Below, one piece after another: positions 52,897 to 64,000 of a DNA stretch of 64,000 nt; the stretch's first letter is position 1, and each line of letters starts with the position of its first letter. The translations under genes were made by a program, and so were the position numbers. The notes under the pieces are model-generated. The model worked only from the letters and a program-made list of their open reading frames with translations. It was not told the DNA's origin and did not search any database. The DNA comes from Dendrobates tinctorius (lineage: Eukaryota), in assembly GCF_039654945.1 (NCBI RefSeq), contig NW_027361677.1, positions 23,498,001-23,562,000 on the forward strand, given 5' to 3'.

Positions 52897-54505
52897 CAGT
52901 GGGGAAAAAAAGTATTTAGTCAGTCAGCAATAGTGCAAGTTCCACCACTTAAAAAGATGAGAGGCATCTGTAATTTACATCATAGGTAGACCTCAACTAT
53001 GGGAGACAAACTAAGAAAAAAAAATCCAGAAAATCACATTGTCTGTTTTTTTTTCATTTTATTTGCATATTATGGTGGAAAATAAGTATTTGGTCAGAAA
53101 CAAGCAATCAAGATTTCTGGCTCTCACAGACCTGTAACTTCTTCTTTAAGAGTCTCCTCTTTCCTCCACTCATTACCTGTAGTAATGGCACCTGTTTAAA
53201 CTTGTTATCAGTATAAAAAGACACCTGTGCACACCCTCAAACAGTCTGACTCCAAACTCCACTATGGTGAAGACCAAAGAGCTGTCAAAGGACACCAGAA
53301 ACAAAATTGTAGCCCTGCACCAGGCTGGGAAGACTGAATCTGCAATAGCCAACCAGCTTGGAGTGAAGAAATCAACTGTGGGAGCAATAATTAGAAAATG
53401 GAAGACATACAAGACCACTGATAATCTCCCTCGATCTGGTGCTCCACGCAAAATCCCACCCCGTGGGGTCAGAATGATCACAAGAACGGTGAGCAAAAAT
53501 CCCAGAACCACGCGGGGGGACCTAGTGAATGAACTGCAGAGAGCTGGGACCAATGTAACAAGGCCTACCATAAGTAACACACTACGCCACCATGGACTCA
53601 GATCCTGCAGTGCCAGACGTGTCCCACTGCTTAAGCCTGTACATGTCCGGGCCCGTCTGAAGTTTGCTAGAGAGCATTTGGATGATCCAGAGGAGTTTTG
53701 GGAGAATGTCCTATGGTCTGATGAAACCAAACTGGAACTGTTTGGTAGAAACACAACTTGTCGTGTTTGGAGGAAAAAGAATACTGAGTTGCATCGATCA
53801 AACACCATACCTACTGTAAAGCATGGTGGTGGAAACATCATGCTTTGGGGCTGTTTCTCTGCAAAGGGGCCAGGACGACTGATCCGGGTACATGAAAGAA
53901 TGAATGGGGCCATGTATCGTGAGATTTTGAGTGCAAACCTCCTTCCATCAGCAAGGGCATTGAAGATGAAACGTGGCTGGGTCTTTCAACATGACAATGA
54001 TCCAAAGCACACCGCCAGGGCAACGAAGGAGTGGCTTCGTAAGAAGCATTTCAAGGTCCTGGAGTGGCCTAGCCAGTCTCCAGATCTCAACCCTATAGAA
54101 AACCTTTGGAGGGAGTTGAAAGTCCGTGTTGCCAAGCGAAAAGCCAAAAACATCACTGCTCTAGAGGAGATCTGCATGGAGGAATGGGCCAACATACCAA
54201 CAACAGTGTGTGGCAACCTTGTGAAGACTTACAGAAAAAGTTTGACCTCTGTCATTGCCAACAAAGGATATATCACAAAGTATTGAGATGAAATTTTGTT
54301 TCTGACCAAATACTTATTTTCCACCATAATATGCAAATAAAATGAAAAAAAAAACCAGACAATGTGATTTTCTGGATTTTTTTTTTCTCAGTTTGTCTCC
54401 CATAGTTGAGGTCTACCTATGATGTAAATTACAGACGCCTCTCATCTTTTTAAGTGGTGGAACTTGCACTATTGCTGACTGACTAAATACTTTTTTTCCC
54501 CACTG
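52897..54505 (+). mobile_element. Young full-length Tc1 (DD34E-type) transposon
   Basis: TA|CAGTGGGGAAAAAAAGTATTTAGTCAG ... CTGACTAAATACTTTTTTTCCCCACTG|TA; ~205-bp TIRs with few mismatches. Confidence 0.97.
53264..54286 (+). CDS. Tc1 transposase, intact 340-aa ORF
   Basis: [22 protein letters not shown] and [11 protein letters not shown] motifs with N-terminal HTH region. Confidence 0.95.
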   Translation: MVKTKELSKDTRNKIVALHQAGKTESAIANQLGVKKSTVGAIIRKWKTYKTTDNLPRSGAPRKIPPRGVRMITRTVSKNPRTTRGDLVNELQRAGTNVTRPTISNTLRHHGLRSCSARRVPLLKPVHVRARLKFAREHLDDPEEFWENVLWSDETKLELFGRNTTCRVWRKKNTELHRSNTIPTVKHGGGNIMLWGCFSAKGPGRLIRVHERMNGAMYREILSANLLPSARALKMKRGWVFQHDNDPKHTARATKEWLRKKHFKVLEWPSQSPDLNPIENLWRELKVRVAKRKAKNITALEEICMEEWANIPTTVCGNLVKTYRKSLTSVIANKGYITKY

Positions 54506-54558
54506 TAGGTAACATGCTATTTTGAACTTAGTGCTGCAGGAGCGGAGGGAAGTCGGCC

Positions 54559-54605
54559 CACCCCGACGCGCGTTTTGGAGCGCTAAGCACCTTCCTCAGG
54601 GGGCA
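54559..54605 (-). ncRNA. Minimal type I hammerhead-ribozyme-like motif (G12A, probably inactive)
   Basis: Minus strand CCCC-CTGAGGA-A-GGTGC-TTAGC-GCTCC-AAAA-CGCGCG-TC-GGGG: stem I, CUGANGA core, stem II, [G>A]AAA, palindromic stem III, GUC site. Confidence 0.65.
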
Positions 54606-56804
54606 TGGATGGAGGGCTGCTATTTTGAACTATCTTTGGGCAATCTATTTGCCTTTTGTAATATAAGCACTTGCTTCATGACTGTGATAATGGCTGTGTG
54701 CCTCTACAATGGTTTATGTCAGCCCCATAAGGTTATTTGCTGTAGCATGCTGGGTGGATTGTGAGTCCTGTTCCGGTGTGCCGTTGTGTGCTCGCATCCT
54801 ATCCCCCTTTATCCCATGTACCTTATTGTCCATTATTTTATAAACTATTTAAGAAAAGTGACGTTTTATGGGACTATTTGACTGCTTGGTTCTTCAGAGT
54901 GCTCTAAACATGTACATGCAATAATTTTATGGGAGAAATACTTTATTTTCTGGAACAATTTCAAGGGTGCAAACACTTTTGGCCCTGACTGTAAGAGGTC
55001 GTCTAGCCCAAGTAGCAAAAGGGAAACCACCGTCATGTAGCTATGGATGTTGGTGGTCTATTACTGTTTATTTCTTGGTATAAACACTGCCTGAACATTA
55101 GGGGCTGTAGAGAGATAAGAGGTCCTTCAGGGAGTCCAGATGAATATATCAGCTTAAACTACAGCTACGACAATGCAGACACTGATGCAGCAGGGACTGC
55201 AACCCCCAACCATTACAGTACATGTAATACAATGTCACTGAGAATGCAGAGATGCTTAGTATAAATGCTGCTCTGAAATGGAAGGTTGTGTACCCCAAGT
55301 TCCAAAAAGGAAACCATCAGTATGCAGCTTTTAAATTCCACTCATGACTAACAGCTAAAGAATATTCTCCATTTAATAGTGGATTAATAGAACCACAAAT
55401 GCAGCCCGCTTCCAAAAAAAAAGGTAAGACACCCGGAGAAAAAAGAGCTATGTGTTTATATAGGCATATTGGTACATAGAATGCTTACATGTTAAATGTG
55501 TATTAGCATGAAAATACAGTTGATTTTTTAATATTTTTATAACTCAGAGAAAATAAAGGAAAAAAGAAACAAAACAAAAAAAAAAGCTCAGCGGGAATAC
55601 AAATATACAGTACAAATTGATTTATTTAAATCAGTTACAAAAAAAAGCACAACAAAATATAGATTAATGCTCTGGTAAAGATCAGGTAGCAGAATAGGAG
55701 AGAAGCACCGGCCTAAAGTCTAAGGCTTTGTAGGATGCATATCAGTTAATTAGATGAAACGCGTGTCCCAAGGGGATGGAAAGTGGTGCCCTCCGGACCT
55801 CCCTCCCTAACCTGGGGCAAGGGCAAGGGTCCGCTCCGCTCGAAGACTGACGCATCGTACAATTAAAAGGATCTGTTATTTAACACTGGTCTGAGGCCAA
55901 AAAAAATGCTTCCTTGTGTTACAGTTGGAAAAAAATACAAAGTTAAGCAGTGCATTAAAGCCCCAACCCCTGCGCACAACTCCGGGTGCAACCGCATGCC
56001 CCCGAATGTTAGGATTGCTTGTGAATATTTGCTTTGCTCCTAGTATAGCATATATATCATTATTGGAGATGGGGGTGTACTTTAATTTATCCAGTGACTC
56101 GTCTGGCCTTCGTAGAAGGAAATGATGGGAGTATATGTAGTGTCCAGTGACGTTCAAAGTGGGATCTGGTGGGGGGGGTCTTTTAGAATAAGATTTGGCA
56201 GTGCGGAAAGTAGGCATTAAAATAGCGTACACGCCAGATATGAGCTAAATATATAGATGTCCCTGCGGGGGGTAAAGCTTTCGGTCAGAAGGTGCAGGAG
56301 AGCCAGGGTCCGTGCTATACCTTTATTGCACTTGGGAAGTGTTTTTTTTTGGGGGGGGGGGCACGACCATAGATACTGGCCAGGGAAGTGTCAGTTACTA
56401 TTACGGCCGGTCCCGAAAGTTTGCGACGCTTAGAAAAGCATTCCGCCTGTCGACTGTGCCCGTTCTGACGTGGTAGGGTCAGGTCTTAACTGGAGGCTTC
56501 GAATCTCAGGAAGACACTTACTCCAAAAAAAATACCCTCATCTCAAAAATAAGTCACCTCCTCCACTTCCGATATCGAAAAACATTCTTATACTTAACAC
56601 ATCAGCGATAAATGCATGGAAATGCACAATATATACGTATAAAATAGGGTTAACCAGGAAAATAAAGAGATCTCCGTTTTTGTGTCTGTGCAGTAGACAT
56701 TACCCTCCCGGGCCATTTTTTTCCTCCGGCAGCAGGGACCCAGTCTCAAAACGTCAATGATTATCCCTGTACTCTAACTGTGCAAAATTAGGGTTGGCAG
56801 AGAT

Positions 56805-58865
56805 TTATTTCCCTGCGTTTGACCGGCCTTCAATGGACAGCTTCACCTCTTGTGGAATGAACGAATGGCGTGAAGGCGAAGGCCGGGCTTCTGAACTCTG
56901 TCCGCTATATCTTTGGACTCCTGGGTTTGACCAGCTCGGCGAAGCTGTGGGAAGAGGACATGAGGTCTGGGCCAGGGAAATCTGAGCCACACCATCTTTC
57001 TGGAGCTGATTTTGCCTATCGCCATCTCTTTCGGGCATCTGTGGGCACTCCCTAGATTGTAACACTGCTTTCTCGATCTGATGCGGCAAAGCCTGGTGTG
57101 TGCTGCCTGCAGGCGACGCACCGTTCTTGGAGATACTCTGCAAACTTATGGATATGCATACGTCTCCCACTTGAAGTCGGTGGCAAGGAAGTGCAAAAAG
57201 CTGCGCAGTCTGTGACGGGCTGCATGAAGACCAGCCTTGTCCGTACACAAAAAACGGGTGCTCGGGAGGGACGTCAAGACACACTTTGCTTTGTTGCTCC
57301 CCCACTACGAAATGAAGAGTCACAAATCCTGGCCACTGACTCTCCTGGATGTCCACCACTGTGCTGGAATCGATTTTAAGGCCGCCGCTGACTTCTGCGC
57401 TTCGCACGAAATCCTGGGTCTGTAAGTCTTCTACCCTTTTCAGTTCGCCGGTGGCGAGCTGGATGATGGCCCCTTTCATGAAGTGTGATGGTAAAGTAGT
57501 GGCATGAGGAGGGGGTGGCGGCGCACCCGTGGTGGGAGAGTCTCTGCCTCGACTGTGCACTTCTGAAGATCTGCTCTCTTGGGTTTTAGAGGCATGCTGT
57601 AGAGTGGCAGAGGATGATCTCGCGGCAGAACTGTGCATTCCTTGCGTTGCCTCGCCATTTGAAATAAGTGCATTTTTCTCTGAGTATTTAATAGGGTGCT
57701 GTGCCCCGTACACACCCCGGAGATCGCCTCTTGGCGGACTCGTAAGATTGCTGTGTCCTCTCTTTGCATCATGCTTAATGTCATTGGATAGATTTAACGG
57801 ACTCATCCGCTCTTTTCTCTGCACAGACGGCAAGCAATACTCCTGTGAAACCATCCCTCCAACAACTCTCTGAACTTCTAGGTCTGTATCCGGAGTGCTC
57901 CTATGGGTCATGAGAGCGACCTCCGTCCTCTGTGGTGCACGGCATGAGTATGTTTCACAGTCCAACAGATTGTCGTTTTGTCCTCTCGCCATCTCTTCTT
58001 CAGAATGGTGGATGTACTGGTCTATGGCTGCCTGGCTCGCTCTTCTGGAGGATGTACATTCGGATTCTCTCTGGGACCCGTTGGTAGAGGCCATCATAGT
58101 TTCTTTATCAATGGGGGAGGCCGAATTAGGTGGACACGCCAGAAGCATTTCATGTACGGGATACCCTGCTGGCATCTGAGAAGGGTGCTGATAAAATACA
58201 GGGACTCGTCCCTTGGTGACATCCACCGGTACAACGCCCATAAGAACAGAGGGAGATTGTGCTGTGGTCACTTTACTGAAAGTTTGGGGAGATGGGGGCT
58301 GAGGAGGAGGAGTCACCCCCTCGGGTATGACAGAGTTATATGGCACATAATGGGGTACGTGAGAAGTAGCCAATGTGGCAGGTGGAGATATCACAGCACG
58401 TTGTAAGAAGCCTGGAGGCACGGCATAGGGAACGGCATAAGATGGCCCCAGAAACTGCACGGACGTGTGAGAGATGGGAGCATAATGGATGGAAGGATAC
58501 GTAATTCCTGGGTGTTGGATCAATTGTGATGCTACATTAAAGGAAGGAGGGATGGACCCCATGTTAACTACAGGGTGGAGGCCTGATGAGGAGTAGGTGG
58601 GGGGCACAGCAAGTTTGTACAGATTTCCATACTGATCCACTGTGACTGATTCTGCCCCTTCTCCGGCCACTTCATATCTCACCCCATGTCCTTGTCCTGA
58701 AGCCACCAAAACTCCGCGGGGCCAGGAGGTCTCGTTGGTAGATCTTTCATTAATGGAGGAGTTATCCACCTTAGGTGGCTGCTCCTCTATGTTTATAGTG
58801 CTCTGAGCCAGATCTCGTTTCTTTGGTGGAAGACATTCCTGGCTCCGCTCGTGTGCGGGCTTCAT
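56805..58865 (-). CDS. ATXN1L: Ataxin-1-like (BOAT), 686 aa, single coding exon
   Basis: MKPAHERSQECLPPKKRDL N-terminus; AXH domain LPSHFMKGAIIQLATGELKRVEDLQTQDF...VGDVCISISL; C-terminus PQEVKLSIEGRSNAGK; no polyQ; acceptor at ~58983. Confidence 0.97.
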   Translation of the reverse strand: MKPAHERSQECLPPKKRDLAQSTINIEEQPPKVDNSSINERSTNETSWPRGVLVASGQGHGVRYEVAGEGAESVTVDQYGNLYKLAVPPTYSSSGLHPVVNMGSIPPSFNVASQLIQHPGITYPSIHYAPISHTSVQFLGPSYAVPYAVPPGFLQRAVISPPATLATSHVPHYVPYNSVIPEGVTPPPQPPSPQTFSKVTTAQSPSVLMGVVPVDVTKGRVPVFYQHPSQMPAGYPVHEMLLACPPNSASPIDKETMMASTNGSQRESECTSSRRASQAAIDQYIHHSEEEMARGQNDNLLDCETYSCRAPQRTEVALMTHRSTPDTDLEVQRVVGGMVSQEYCLPSVQRKERMSPLNLSNDIKHDAKRGHSNLTSPPRGDLRGVYGAQHPIKYSEKNALISNGEATQGMHSSAARSSSATLQHASKTQESRSSEVHSRGRDSPTTGAPPPPPHATTLPSHFMKGAIIQLATGELKRVEDLQTQDFVRSAEVSGGLKIDSSTVVDIQESQWPGFVTLHFVVGEQQSKVCLDVPPEHPFFVYGQGWSSCSPSQTAQLFALPCHRLQVGDVCISISLQSISKNGASPAGSTHQALPHQIEKAVLQSRECPQMPERDGDRQNQLQKDGVAQISLAQTSCPLPTASPSWSNPGVQRYSGQSSEARPSPSRHSFIPQEVKLSIEGRSNAGK

Positions 58866-60967
58866 GTTGCTTCCTGCTTTTGATGGGGCCTCTACGATGT
58901 TCGGTCAGCTTCATGGGTGTCTGGCAGCAATGGTTGGTGATGACACCACATATATTTGCTTGGCATCTTCTTGGTCTAAGAGCTGAAGGAAAAGAGATAG
59001 CAAGACGTTAGTCTGAGGCAATCATGTCACTTAAAGGGACAATGGAAATTGGAGATGGATGGAGCCGGAGCCAGGTTAATTATCCCCAGCACCAAGACAT
59101 CAAAATAGCAACCCTGACGGGAGCTTTAATGATTTTGGACTTAAGATAGCCAAAAATCTACATAGAAATTAGGGGTCGTCAACTTAAAACCATTTCCCAA
59201 AAGACCCCAAACTCGTCCATAGGATGGATTTCAACATCTCCGACATGTTGTTCTCATGAGGGACAAGTGGAGTCTGGCAGCCACCTATTCCTAATGAGAA
59301 CACATGCATGCTCTGCCAAATTGAGCATCAGTGTGTATAATATGGACAGGGTCAGAACGCAACAGGAGGGATGAGAAGGACATTATTGGTAATGGCAGCT
59401 AGATTTAAGGTGTAGACCACTTTTATGGTGGGCAGCTGATCTCAATGGGATATGAGGTAGGGGGTCTATGAAGAAATGTTATTACTATATAGGTGTATTA
59501 GACGTCCTGGCAGTGTATAAGGAAAGAACAGACACGCCATCAAGTCATCATGAGTTCCAATGCAAAATCAAATCAGGGGTTTACGAGCTATAAGTTCCCC
59601 ATTATGGCTCCTACAGAGGTGGCCGCCCGGCCTTACCAGACTTCCCAGAAACTAATACAACCAAGAAACAGCTCAGCAGCAGAACGTATGATGACACGAC
59701 TCATGGATGTGAGTGAAATCATCCACTACTAATGTATGTACCGTAACCTAATCCCTGCAGACGGCACCATGATGACTCCGACCTGATGACAACCTCCATG
59801 TTCCCGTGCTGATACTGCATCATTACAGATCCATGTGGATATGAAGGACAGCCAGCATCAGCCATGATCATAGTCCCCTCCATGCAGGGATAGAAAGGAC
59901 TGAGCTACCTCCTAGAAGATACAGGCTCCTTCTCACCTTTCTCAGAGGCGAAGCTCCACCGTATGGAAGATAATCGGGAGTCAATAGTATCCTGGTGCTG
60001 CATCAATGAGCGTGCCAGGCCTCATTCACACCTACATTGTATTTGCAATATGTATGAACGGACAAGTCAATGTGACTCAATGCAGCTATATGCTACGTCC
60101 GTGTCAACATAGGTGTAGGTCGGTTCTAGGTTCTAACATCCTCGAACACTGAGCTGTGTGATTGGGGTCCTGCCCTGTATCCAGCCATGAAATCTCCAAA
60201 ATACTCTCCTCGTAGACAGGGATCCAGGAGGACAGTATAAGATCCTAAAGCCTAATCCCCTGTAACCTCCATGAAACTAAGATGTACAGGGGACCCTATA
60301 GCAAGCGCTGTCCACCCCGTACAAATAGGGGGCTGTAAATGACTACATCAAGACCCTGCAGCCGCAATGTCAAAATATTTTTGTAGAATTCTCATATGTG
60401 CAATAGCGTGCAAAGCTTTTCTTTTCTGCAAAGTTCAGATCCAGCAATGACTTATCTGGCCTACAATCCTGATGATATCATTATGATTCATGGACTGTTC
60501 TCTCTCTTCTTTTTTCTCTCATGACTATGTCAAGGCTGGCCAACATAAACTTATATCAAAGTCTGTGCGTTACCCCAGAATTGTAGCTAAAGGGGGGAGG
60601 CAGATACCCTAATGCCGGTGCACAAGAGGTCCAAGGTCCCACTTCAAAATAACACAAAATCCTCGGCACCCCACTAATCAAAACTTCCGACACGTCTCTA
60701 GGAGTCGGCGTACTGCAGCTTTCCTTTAAAGTGTACCTATCAGTTATAATGTTACCTTTATTATATAATACTCCCTTTAATATGCTGTATATTGGTGGGG
60801 ACCCAGCCCCGAGACCCCCTCTGGAGAATGCAGGTCGGCAGAATGCACATGGAGCAGTGTACGGGCTGATAAGACGCTCTAACGACTGTCTGCGTCAGTC
60901 TTATGAGCGATCGGGGGCTCTCATGATCCGGCCCCCCGACTGATCTACAGCACAATAATCACATATA

Positions 60968-62603
<1,636 letters not shown>

Positions 62604-63019
62604 TAAGATAAACACTGCAAATTATAGGTAAGTAACAGAAGCTTTACGTAAGGGCCATTTTTCATCAGCGTGCTAGATCTGATTTTCAACCATTTCTTTC
62701 TAATACAAAAATGGGACAAAAAAAAAAATCCAGGTTTCTCCAAATCATTAACCACAAGTAGGCAGCGCTCGGGGGACACATAGGTGCGACAGCTTTTTTC
62801 AGAGACCTGTTTATTTGAATAGATGTGACTTATCTGTGGCTCTGATCAAAAACGGACCTGTCTCCTAATAAACACGTATATGAACAGAGACCGTTGGCAC
62901 AACCCTACAGATACCGGAATGGTGCACAAGTAGGATCCCAATCCGTGACTATCAATGTATATAAACTTGGCACACACCCAAACGAATGTTGTTGCAAAAT
63001 TGGTGATTTTAATAAATGG

Positions 63020-63066
63020 CAGTACATACATAAACGTTTCGGTCTATGACCTTCATCAATGTACTG
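63020..63066 (-). ncRNA. Second minimal hammerhead-like motif (Penelope-type)
   Basis: Minus strand CAGTACA-TTGATGA-A-GGTC-ATA-GACC-GAAA-CGTTTA-TGTATGTACTG, followed by ATTAAA. Confidence 0.5.
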
Positions 63067-63486
63067 AAAAATTAAACAAAAATAACAGAATAAAAGAAAG
63101 TATTTACAATGTAAAGACATGGGTTTTTTTTACAGAGAAAATTATATAATATGCTGAGACATCGGTCACATTATGGCACAAGATACAATGTAGTAATGAG
63201 GACACAATCACGGAGACAGGAAACCTACAGAGAGGATGCACATACCGTTAGAATGTACTGTGAGCACTTTGTGAATAGGTTTCAAGGAAAACCTGAAAAG
63301 AGGGGAGGAATGGAGCTGATAAAACAGCCATTCAAAATAGGTGAAGGTGAATATTATGAAGACTGATCATACCAATGCTGAAGGGAGGTAACTATCGCCG
63401 TCCTACTGTGAGAAAATATAGACCGCTTAGTGACTGGCAGCAATGTAAAGTCCATACTGACTACTAGTATGGACAAAAAAGGCAAT

Positions 63487-63790
63487 CTTACCGTGCAATG
63501 CTACAGCGTGTGGATGCGGTATCCGCCGCAGATCCTATGGCGCTATAGGTGTGGAGGAGGTGGCAGTGTTAAATAGCCCAAGAATATTGCTGCTTAGCCT
63601 ATCAGACGCGCGCCACAGGAAGTGGGTGGGCGTGTGTATGACTGACGTCATACGGCGCTCCAGGCGCTGAGAGGAGGCGTGGGTGTGGGCGTGTCGGTCT
63701 GAGGCCCCGGAAGTGTGTCACAGCCTGTCAGGCTAGAGCGCTCTGTAGTGAGGAGGCATAGGTTACCGTGGTTACAGACGCAGCGTTAAT
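63487..63790 (-). promoter_or_regulatory. CpG-rich promoter-like segment (ATXN1L upstream exon/promoter, or TE-internal promoter)
   Basis: ETS sites CAGGAAGTG and CCGGAAGTG, GC boxes GGGCGTG, CRE TGACGTCA (63643), minus-strand donor GTAAG at 63487-63491. Confidence 0.35.
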
Positions 63791-64000
63791 AGCAGGAGTG
63801 CCAAGAGTGGTTGTTCAGTGATAGGTGGTGAAGATTCAACAAGAGTTCACAGTTGTGGGTTCTGTAATTGAAATAGAACATCATTAGTCCAAATATAATA
63901 GAATGACATCATGAAAATAATAATGAAAGTAGAAATGGAGATGAAATACTAGCAAAATGTATACAGTAACCATAATACTGATATATCATAATAGAGACTG

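Larger units (their letters stand above)
52492..54906 (-). mobile_element. Penelope-like non-autonomous element with ~275-bp inverted repeats (52622-52896 / 54631-54905)
   Basis: Long near-perfect inverted arms, a hammerhead-like motif between them, and a possible AACATG duplication at 52486 and 54907. Confidence 0.6.
51152..54991 (-). mobile_element. Old decayed Tc1 (IR/DR type) whose right TIR is split by a 2.4-kb nested insertion
   Basis: Left TIR GAAATTGTTCCAGAAAATAAAG; right TIR halves at ~52420-52490 and 54907-54991, ending CTG|TA. Remnant GILKSEDYRRILGCNIVPSVRNL is homologous to the intact element at 60968. Confidence 0.8.

Noticed and set aside
53173-53913. 246-aa antisense ORF
   Set aside because: Shadow of the Tc1 transposase on the opposite strand.

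Overview
Vertebrate genomic DNA, most likely a frog (inferred from intron style, MITE/Tc1 repertoire and protein divergence; species not determinable). It contains four protein-coding genes in the order and relative orientation I recall for human 16q22: PKD1L3 (+, 32 coding exons traced by hand, ~2014 aa), IST1 (-, 9 coding exons, 359 aa), ZNF821 (+, 6 coding exons, 393 aa) and ATXN1L (-, one coding exon, 686 aa). Roughly 15 kb (~23%) is unrelated minisatellite arrays (18, 24, 27, 31, 33, 35, ~35 GC-rich, 39, 50, 53, ~60 bp units), which explain almost all of the very long ORFs in the track. There are two Tc1-type transposons with intact transposase ORFs, several decayed Tc1 copies and MITEs. 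The most unusual observations are: (1) a 963-nt, frame-symmetric candidate exon encoding a Gln/Asp/Lys/Glu 11-aa tandem repeat plus a His cluster, lying inside the PKD1L3 C-type lectin domain; (2) a three-level nest in which a young Tc1 sits in a Penelope-like inverted-repeat element carrying a hammerhead-ribozyme-like motif, itself inside an old Tc1; (3) a second hammerhead-like motif near the window end. All exon models come from manual reading of splice signals and phases, with no transcript evidence.
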